A stretch of 64,000 bases of DNA from an uncultured Planctomycetota bacterium (GTDB lineage: Bacteria; Planctomycetota; Planctomycetia; Isosphaerales; Isosphaeraceae), in the NCBI GenBank assembly GCA_963845755.1, contig CAWJTV010000028.1:320001-384000 (forward strand), in the 5' to 3' direction. Positions 57,405 through 64,000 of the stretch are shown in pieces. Within the stretch, counting starts at the first letter, position 1. The number at the start of each line of letters is the position of its first letter. Position numbers and translations under genes: made by a program. The notes under the pieces are model-generated. The model was not told where the DNA came from. It did not search any database and saw only the letters and a program-made list of their open reading frames with translations.

Positions 57405-59198
57405 TCAGGATGACCGCTTGCCCGGCTTGTGGAGATTCGGGAGAGCGGTCAACTTGATGGTCGAAAGATCGGCCCGAATCGTCTCGATCAGGACCGCCGA
57501 TGTGCTGGGCGTCAACTCCTGGTTCCCGCGATAAACCGCCTGGATCACATTGCGCCCGATCGGCAGCGTCTCGGTGATGAACCTGGCCTTCCCTCGACGA
57601 AGGGGCAGCGTTCCCAGAAGGGTCGTGCCCTCCTCGAACGTGACAGATCCCGTGGGAGTCCCCCGTATCTTGCCGACGATCTCCACGCTGGCGGTCAGAG
57701 TGACTCGGTGACCGAATCTCGCGTTTCGAGAACTCGTGGTCAGGACTGTCTTCGTGCCGTAAGTTCCCAGAGCCGGTGCCGTTGCGGCAGGAGGTGTGGG
57801 TGGGCGTGACGGTGTGGGTGTCGGTGCCGGTGTCGGTGTGGGCGTCGGGGTCGGTGAGGTGGGTGTCGGTGTCGGGCTCGGCGTGGGCGTCGGGCTTGGA
57901 CTAGGCGTGGGCGTGGGTGTCGGGCTTGGACTAGGCGTGGGCGTCGGTGAGGGTGTCGGAGTAGGCGTGGGCGTCGGTGTCGGGCTCGGAGAGGGCGTGG
58001 GCGTTGGGCTTGGCGTCGGCGTCGGTATTGGCGTGGGCGTGGGCGTCGAGGATGTGATGGTTAGAACATCGACGCTATAACTGCTCTGATCCAGGAACCA
58101 GATGTTGCCGTCTGGTCCTGTAGTCATCGAGTTTATAAGGTGTAGCCCAGGGTCGTTGACGAGCGGAAGCGTGTTCGGGATCGGGTACGCAGTAATCGTG
58201 CCATCTACCGTAATCTCTCCGATGTCGTTGCCACTTGCGAAGTACAGATTTTGATCCGAGCCGACGGTGATGCCGCCTAATCCAATTCCATTACCTTGGT
58301 CAACCAGCGGGACGGCGTAGGTATGAAGGACCTGTCCCGAGGTGGACATCACGCCGATGTCGTCCGCGGACTCCTCGGTGAACCAGAGATTCCCGTCTGG
58401 TCCGGCGACGATACCAAGCGGACCATTGTCCCCGGGAACCGTGTACTCGGTGATCACACCTGCGGGAGTGATTTTTCCGATCTGGGAAGCCTCTGTTTCA
58501 ACGAACCAGATGTTTCCGTCAGGTCCGAGAGTGAGTTGATCACCGACACCGATTTCGATGTCGCCGTTTATGCTATTTGCGTTCGGGGTTGGTATCGCAT
58601 AGGAATGGAAAGCACCCGCGGCCGTGAGCTCGCCGATGACGTTATTGGAAGGATCGATCCACCATACCGATCCATCCGGCCCCGTCGTCATGTCGATCGG
58701 CACCGGGGTCGATTCGCCGCTTGCGGTGGGAATCGGAACCATACTGACCTGGCCGCTGGTTGTGATCGTCCCGATGTTGGGGGAATCGCCGTCGCGGTCG
58801 AATGCAAGCGTTCCGTTCGGTCGTTCTGTTATACCGTAGCTCCATTCGTCCCGGACAGGATTCGACAACAAATTGGTCGAGAACGCTGTGACCACCCCGC
58901 TCGGTGTGACCTGATCGATCGCGTAATCAGCGCCGTCGGTGAACCAGACGTTGCCATCTGGTCCCGCGGTGATCTGCCTCAGCGAGCCGTCGGTGGCCAA
59001 GAAGTTCGAAACCCCGGGGCCATGAGGAATCGGGAACTCCGAGATCGATGAGAGGAGCGCCCTTTCCTCGAGTCCTTCCGGCCCCGGCCGAAACCGATGG
59101 CGGTTCGACCAGCCTCCTGGTCTCGAGCCCGCATATCTCCGCGAAAACCGCGCACGAACCCCCTGGATTCGATGGAGGAACATGGATCGATGCTCCAT
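57405..59198 (-). CDS. Surface protein: LEERALLS motif, Vgb/streptogramin-lyase-like beta-propeller, Pro-Thr linker, Ig-like (Big_3_5) domain
   Basis: [15 protein letters not shown]; repeats [36 protein letters not shown]; (PT)n; TPTGSVTF...IQAVYRGN. Confidence 0.85.
   Translation of the reverse strand: MEHRSMFLHRIQGVRARFSRRYAGSRPGGWSNRHRFRPGPEGLEERALLSSISEFPIPHGPGVSNFLATDGSLRQITAGPDGNVWFTDGADYAIDQVTPSGVVTAFSTNLLSNPVRDEWSYGITERPNGTLAFDRDGDSPNIGTITTSGQVSMVPIPTASGESTPVPIDMTTGPDGSVWWIDPSNNVIGELTAAGAFHSYAIPTPNANSINGDIEIGVGDQLTLGPDGNIWFVETEASQIGKITPAGVITEYTVPGDNGPLGIVAGPDGNLWFTEESADDIGVMSTSGQVLHTYAVPLVDQGNGIGLGGITVGSDQNLYFASGNDIGEITVDGTITAYPIPNTLPLVNDPGLHLINSMTTGPDGNIWFLDQSSYSVDVLTITSSTPTPTPIPTPTPSPTPTPSPSPTPTPTPTPTPSPTPTPSPSPTPTPTPSPSPTPTPSPTPTPTSPTPTPTPTPAPTPTPSRPPTPPAATAPALGTYGTKTVLTTSSRNARFGHRVTLTASVEIVGKIRGTPTGSVTFEEGTTLLGTLPLRRGKARFITETLPIGRNVIQAVYRGNQELTPSTSAVLIETIRADLSTIKLTALPNLHKPGKRSS
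57790..58050 (-). repeat. Pro-Thr/Pro-Ser low-complexity coding linker (6-nt period)
   Basis: About 40 (ggcgt(g/c))-type hexamers encoding [10 protein letters not shown]... Confidence 0.95.
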
Positions 59199-59387
59199 GA
59201 CGGGGAATCAGAGGCTGCCTGATGAATGGACGAGTCCGCTGGTTCATGCCGATATAGGCGGAATCTGAATTCAGAGTTTACTTCCGTTAACTCTCTCTGT
59301 CATGGGTGTGATCGAAGATTTTCTGAGTCGAGGCTCAAGATCCCCGATCGGGATCATTTCGCTCATCGGGGTCTTGACGTGGCACGG

Positions 59388-59810
59388 CTGGAGATCCACC
59401 CGGAGGGTTGGTCGTCGATGTGGGCGCTGGGCAAGATCTACCAGCTCCTCGGTGACCCGGACATGGCGTTCGTGTGGTTCGCCAAGGCCAATACAGAGAG
59501 GCCCAATCACCCGGACCTGGTGCGGGACGCCGGTAGGGCTGCAATGGAGATCGGGCGCGCCGAGGAGGCGCTGGCGCTGTGTCGGGCGGCGGTGGCGTTC
59601 GGGCCAGATGATCCCGTGCTGGTCCGCAACCTGGCGCTCGCCCACTGCCTGGCGGGCGAGGACATGGAGGCCGGGCGGTGTGAGGCACAGACGGTCCAGC
59701 TCGACCGGGACGACATCGACTCGGCCATGGTTCTGGACCTCGTCCGGGACGTGGTGGCGGGCCGACGGCGGCGGCCCAGGACCCTCAAGGAGGTGTTCCG
59801 ATGCGAGTAG
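59388..59810 (+). pseudogene. 5'-truncated tetratricopeptide repeat protein
   Basis: LEIHPEGWSSMWALGKIYQ...GRAEEALALCRAAVAFGPDD...NLALAH starts mid-TPR with no plausible start or RBS. Confidence 0.5.
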
Positions 59811-60000
59811 CGGTCCAGCCGAGCCAGTCGTCACAGCGGATCCGGCTGGTCGATTAAGCCGTAAACGATGAACCTTAGTTGGCGCGGACATCCGGGCGCG
59901 GGACGATGGCGGGACGTGTCACGGGTGATCCAGAGTCCAGCGTTTCCAGTCGAGCCCGGGGAGAGATGCCTTGGGATCATACTTGCCTCCTTTGCATGAC

Positions 60001-60876
60001 ATGGACATCGACGGGCTGGCAAAACAGCCGACCAGGAGGCTTCCCGCCGCGAGTACAACCCGGCTGGTCGCCATGGTCGCCCTTATCGGCATGGTGGGGG
60101 TCGCCTTGTCGATCTACTGGTCCCTCCGGGCGGGAGGAGCCGCCCGCTCTATTCCTGTTCTATCCGCTCAGAGTCTGTCTCGGAAGGTGTTTGTAGGGTG
60201 CTCTGTGAGCACCGAGACGGTGTACTTTTCCGAATTCGGTGCTCACAGAGCACCCTACAAGACGGCCGATGAGGCTTCCGGGACAGACTCTCAGAGGGCG
60301 AGGCCGTCCGTTGGTAGGCCGTTGTTCGCCGACGCCCTCACTTCAGACCTAAAGCAGAGCCTACCAAAGTCTCAACTCAGCCTCGCCGCCGATATCAGGA
60401 CAGCCGAAGAACGGGGCAGAGACGCATTATGGGAATCCCACGAGGCACTTGGCATCCACCCGAGCGCCTCGCAGAAATCCGCCTCCGAGAGCCTGGGGCT
60501 ACACATTGCGCCCGGCCGAGCGATCGATGGCTGGTTGATGCGTGTGCATTGGTCGATCCTACGCGATCGAGGTGGCAGCTCCAAGTACGATTACACCGCT
60601 GTCCCGCCAATCTACGAATTGACATTTTGTTTCCCCGACAAGTTGGCCGGTTACGAGGTCTGGCTCTGGGGACACAACTATGACTTCCGATCCAGGGGAT
60701 TCACGTGCCTCAACAGAAAGTTCGAGGCCATCAAAGAAGGGGATTGGGTGAAGGTGTTCGGAGTCGTGCGGCCGGGCTCTCGGATGGAGTGGGAGGGGAC
60801 CAAATCGGACGATTTTCTCTCCCTGGGCGAGGTGACGATCTCCGACATAGAAAGGGTGGAGGAGGTTCGAGAGTAG
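60001..60876 (+). CDS. Hypothetical membrane-anchored protein
   Basis: Single TM helix LVAMVALIGMVGVALSIYW; C-terminal beta-rich, OB-like segment IKEGDWVKVFGVV. Confidence 0.55.
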   Translation: MDIDGLAKQPTRRLPAASTTRLVAMVALIGMVGVALSIYWSLRAGGAARSIPVLSAQSLSRKVFVGCSVSTETVYFSEFGAHRAPYKTADEASGTDSQRARPSVGRPLFADALTSDLKQSLPKSQLSLAADIRTAEERGRDALWESHEALGIHPSASQKSASESLGLHIAPGRAIDGWLMRVHWSILRDRGGSSKYDYTAVPPIYELTFCFPDKLAGYEVWLWGHNYDFRSRGFTCLNRKFEAIKEGDWVKVFGVVRPGSRMEWEGTKSDDFLSLGEVTISDIERVEEVRE

Positions 60877-60952
60877 GGCGATAAACGTGATACTGGCGTT
60901 TAAAGTATGAACTATAGTTGACCCGAATATTCGTCCTGACGGAGCCTCAGCC

Positions 60953-61219
60953 ATGCGACTGCGCCGGATGACGACGCAGCGGTGGATGGTCGCGGTGCTG
61001 GTCGCCTCCCTGGGGCTCGGGGCCGTCGTGACCGTGCGGGGGTCGGCCCACTACATGCGGCTCGCCGCGTTCCACGCGCAATTAGCCCATCACCTGCATT
61101 CCAAGACCGGCCCTTCGGGGGACCCGAAGCTTGCCGACCATCACGAGAGGCTGGCGCCTCGGTACGAGCGGGCGGCGGCCCGGCCCTGGTTGAGCGTCGA
61201 TCCGGAGACGTCGGAGTGA
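60953..61219 (+). CDS. Small membrane-anchored orphan protein (MTTxRWM ... YERAAARPW family)
   Basis: GGAG upstream; MRLRRMTTQRWMVAVLVASL...HHERLAPRYERAAARPWLSVDPE. Confidence 0.75.
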   Translation: MRLRRMTTQRWMVAVLVASLGLGAVVTVRGSAHYMRLAAFHAQLAHHLHSKTGPSGDPKLADHHERLAPRYERAAARPWLSVDPETSE

Positions 61220-61224
61220 ACCCC

Positions 61225-61619
61225 ATGCCGCGGATACCCCGGATGACGACGCGGCGGTGGATGATCGTGGTGGCGGTCGTCGGCGTTATCCTGACCGCAG
61301 CCCGACTGGTCTATCTCTGGCGGCATTACCAGGCACTCGCGGCGATGCACGCCAGCGAAGAAGTCGCCTACATCCGACAGGCGAGGGATACGAGCGCAAA
61401 CAGGACTGGTGCGCCCAGCAAGCCACCACCGCCCATCTCCAGTCCGCATCCGTCCGGAGCAGTACGTGGGAACGGCTGGCGACTTCAAGCGGTGCCATCG
61501 CACATGACCTGCGGCAGCTCGCTGCCTACAAGTCTCGATTAAAGAGCAAGTACGAGCGCACCGCCGCCCGCCCCTGGTTCCCCGTTGAGGCCGACCCGCC
61601 GGGGCCGCTGGAGCCGTAA
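61225..61619 (+). CDS. Tandem paralog of the preceding small protein; frameshift near 61385
   Basis: MPRIPRMTTRRWMIVVAVV... in one frame; ...RLKSKYERTAARPWFPVEADPPGPLEP in ORF 61257..61619. Confidence 0.75.
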
Positions 61620-61724
61620 GCGGTGATCCATAGTTGGCGCGGACGGTCGGGGGTGGGACGATGTCGGGACGTGGAACGGGTGATCCACAAACGAGGTTTA
61701 CCACTTCATCTCGGAGCACGCATC

Positions 61725-62144
61725 ATGTTAAACCGAGCGCGAAGAGTCGGCTTGCTCCTGGGAATTTGCGCGGTGGCAGCGGCGCTGGCCCCGGCCGCAT
61801 CACAGGCTCCGGACCCCAAGAAGTCTCTGGCTCAAGAGCAACTCGGGCTGGCTCGAGACGCCCTCAAAGTGCTTAACCAGATGTACAAGAACGGGCAAGT
61901 GTCGCTCGATGATCCCAGGATTGCTGTCTGGGAGCACCGCCAGGTCGAGGCCGTCCGCGACGCCGGAGCCGGCCGGGCCGAATTCATCGCCGCCCTCGAA
62001 GGCTACGTTACGCACAAGAGGGATTGGCAGCGGATCGCGGAGGAGCGTCATCGGGCGGCGCGAGTCGCCGAGGTGGACGTCCTTGACGCGAAATACCGCG
62101 TCCTAGATGCCGAGATGTGGCTGAACCAAGAGAAGGCCCGCTGA
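61725..62144 (+). CDS. Secreted helical hypothetical protein
   Basis: GGAG upstream; signal peptide; helical DVLDAKYRVLDAEMWL resembling an outer-membrane-efflux-type helix. Confidence 0.7.
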   Translation: MLNRARRVGLLLGICAVAAALAPAASQAPDPKKSLAQEQLGLARDALKVLNQMYKNGQVSLDDPRIAVWEHRQVEAVRDAGAGRAEFIAALEGYVTHKRDWQRIAEERHRAARVAEVDVLDAKYRVLDAEMWLNQEKAR

Positions 62145-62277
62145 GGGGCTGGCGAACTCCCGCGCGCAACGCCTCGACTCTGGTCGAGACGTGACACGCG
62201 GTCCTTGGCGCGGCAGGAATGCGTAAAAGGTGATCCGGTATCGAGAGCTGACAGTCAAGCTCGCCGAGGGTCAGACC

Positions 62278-62997
62278 ATGCAAATGCACCGGCCTCGCTT
62301 CAGAATACGTTCTCTGCTACTCATCACGGCCTTGATCGGGGGTGTACTGGCTATCTACATACATCGCGTCCAGCGCCAGCGACAGACCGTCTCCTGGGTC
62401 TCGGACCTGGGAGGATCTGTCAAGTACGACTATCAGAAGGATTCGATTGACCACGCAAACGTTTTCAATCCCAGGGCGACTGAGCCAGGGCCGGGGTGGC
62501 TTCGGCAGGCGGTCGGCAAAGAGTTCTTTCAGGACGTTGTGATGATCGACCTGGCCGGGAAGCCGGTCACCGACACGGACCTGGAGGAGTTGAAGAAACT
62601 GCCGAAGCTCGAGAATCTGAATCTGAGCAACACGCGAGTTACCAGCGCCGGTCTGGTCCACCTCGCGGAGCTGAAGAACCTCAAGTGGTTATCCCTCTGG
62701 AACACGCAGGTGGATGACGACGGCCTACAGCATCTCGCGAGGTTGACCAAGCTCCAGTCGCTTCTTCTCGATGGGACCAAGGTGACCGATTCGGGCCTTA
62801 AGCATCTCGAAGGGTTGAAGGAACTTGATGAGTGGCTTGGACTTGTCGGCACCGGGGTGACCGATTGGGGTCTGGTGCACCTGAGGGGGTTGACCAAACT
62901 GCGACAAGTGAACGTTCGTCAGACCAAGGTTACGGCTGCCGGAGCGAAGGATTTAAAAAAGTATCTTCCAGATGCAATGATATCTTATGGCGAATAA
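62278..62997 (+). CDS. Leucine-rich repeat protein with N-terminal membrane anchor
   Basis: RFRIRSLLLITAL TM helix; 24-aa LRRs LxxLxxLxLxxTxVTDxGLxH. Confidence 0.92.
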   Translation: MQMHRPRFRIRSLLLITALIGGVLAIYIHRVQRQRQTVSWVSDLGGSVKYDYQKDSIDHANVFNPRATEPGPGWLRQAVGKEFFQDVVMIDLAGKPVTDTDLEELKKLPKLENLNLSNTRVTSAGLVHLAELKNLKWLSLWNTQVDDDGLQHLARLTKLQSLLLDGTKVTDSGLKHLEGLKELDEWLGLVGTGVTDWGLVHLRGLTKLRQVNVRQTKVTAAGAKDLKKYLPDAMISYGE

Positions 62998-63167
62998 GCG
63001 AGCCGTCACAGCAAGCATTTGATGAACACGTCGATCACACCGACGCGCGTAACACGTAACCATTCCGATCCGCCTTGAACCTACCAATCGTTCATACCCG
63101 TCCTGAACGATTGGGCGCCCTATCTTGATGCCTCCGTCCCAGAGAGCTTAGCCATTTCAGGATTGAT

Positions 63168-63206
63168 GCCACGAGATTTCGTGTGCGTCCATGAAATCTC
63201 GTTGGC
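63168..63206. promoter_or_regulatory. Paired pseudo-palindromic sites, candidate enhancer (UAS) for a sigma-54 activator
   Basis: CACGAGATTTCGTG (63170-83) and CATGAAATCTCGTT (63190-203), mutually inverted and 20 bp apart. Confidence 0.55.
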
Positions 63207-63313
63207 GCGGATCTAAAGGTGATTCATGACAGTCCTGGGACTGACACCAGAGACATGCTCCAAAATACGTTGAAGTGAGACGTTGCGGCCGCGCACCGGA
63301 AACGACGCGAGGA

Positions 63314-63330
63314 ACGGCATGGCCTTCGCT
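63314..63330 (+). promoter_or_regulatory. Candidate sigma-54 (-24/-12) promoter
   Basis: ACGGCATGGCCTTCGCT: GG(63316-7)-N10-GC(63328-9), about 40 bp before the STAS gene. Confidence 0.55.
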
Positions 63331-63369
63331 TGTACCTTTGCAGTCAAGAACCAATGAACTGGGTTACCG

Positions 63370-63642
63370 ATGCTGAGAATTTCGGTTTCCGAACAGGCCC
63401 CGTCGTGCCGCATCATCAAACTCGAAGGCAAGCTGCTCCAAGCGTGGATTGATGAGGTGCGCCGCCTTTGCGTCGAGACCGAGGAAGGTTCATTTCCCAG
63501 CCTTGATTTGTCAAGTCTTAGTTTTGTAGACCGTGCCGGCGCCGAAATGTTGCAGCAGCTTCTGCGGCAAGGTGTTCGGATTCACTCCTGGTCTCCGTTC
63601 GTGGCGGAGTTGCTGCATTTGGACCGCGAAGCAAATCCCTAA
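63370..63642 (+). CDS. Small STAS-domain protein (anti-sigma-factor-antagonist-like)
   Basis: IKLEGKL...LDLSSLSFVDRAGAEML...SPFVAELL. Confidence 0.85.
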   Translation: MLRISVSEQAPSCRIIKLEGKLLQAWIDEVRRLCVETEEGSFPSLDLSSLSFVDRAGAEMLQQLLRQGVRIHSWSPFVAELLHLDREANP

Positions 63643-63669
63643 CGCGACCTTCGGCCGCAACCCCATCGG

Positions 63670-63747
63670 GATTCCCGATTCGCGATTCCGGATTCCCGAA
63701 GGGGAATGATCCGGGAATCGGGAATCTCGAATCCGGAATTCGGAATT
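63670..63747. repeat. Inverted heptamer tandem-repeat array (GATTCNN)x4, spacer, (NNGAATY)x5
   Basis: gattccc gattcgc gattccg gattccc ... gggaatc gggaatc tcgaatc cggaatt cggaatt; lies between convergent genes. Confidence 0.9.
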
Positions 63748-63817
63748 CCCAGATGCGCGCACGCCGCAGGGAGCCTTCGGTGGAAGACTCTAAACTCATG
63801 ATCGAATGACCTCCCGG

Positions 63818-64000
63818 TTAGCCTTCATAGGGCGCTCGGGCGATGCCGAGCTTTTTCATTCGGCTGCGGAGCGTGTTGGGATGGAGGGCGAGGATCTTCG
63901 CCGCGCCGTGGGGGCCGTCAATGATCCAACTCGACTGCTCAAGGGCAGCCAGAATGTGGTTTCGTGTGTTGGCTTCCAGGCTTTCGAGCGGCGTAGTCTG
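63818..64000 (-). CDS. C-terminus of a sigma-54-dependent Fis-HTH transcriptional activator (FhlA-like), partial
   Basis: Manual translation ...LEANTRNHILAALEQSSWIIDGPHGAAKILALHPNTLRSRMKKLGIARAPYEG*. Confidence 0.88.
   Translation of the reverse strand, partial: QTTPLESLEANTRNHILAALEQSSWIIDGPHGAAKILALHPNTLRSRMKKLGIARAPYEG

Noticed and set aside
57790..58050. Tandem repeats as a possible CRISPR array or VNTR element
   Set aside because: In-frame Pro-Thr linker with 6-nt period; no unique spacers and no cas genes.

Overview
GC-rich bacterial chromosomal window that looks like a Planctomycetota member, probably Isosphaeraceae. This is inferred from two DUF1559 prepilin/H-X9-DG genes with partner lipoproteins, a DUF1592/DUF1552 pair, di-haem DHOR paralogs, an [12 protein letters not shown] surface protein, and TPR/LRR proteins. 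About 45 protein-coding genes are supportable, including aas, pntAA/AB/B, pdxA, a TM-type RNase Z, a D-Ala-D-Ala carboxypeptidase, GH15, a PLP decarboxylase, a radical SAM protein and two GT-C membrane glycosyltransferases. Roughly 20 small indels split otherwise intact genes, housekeeping genes included, so this is most likely an unpolished long-read consensus and many 'split' or 'fused' ORFs are artefacts. I found no rRNA, tRNA, CRISPR array or intact transposase. The most interesting signals are: (i) two inverted heptamer (GATTCNN) arrays, each between convergent genes; (ii) two sigma-54 promoters with palindromic enhancer candidates, one facing an FhlA-like activator and one upstream of a DUF1559/cytochrome operon; (iii) a DUF1559-flanked, PUL-like locus around a GtaA-like enzyme; (iv) a tandem family of small membrane-anchored orphan proteins sharing N- and C-terminal motifs; (v) a transglutaminase-esterase fusion next to a PLP decarboxylase; (vi) several genuinely decayed gene relics. 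No clearly new complete system is proven from the sequence alone.
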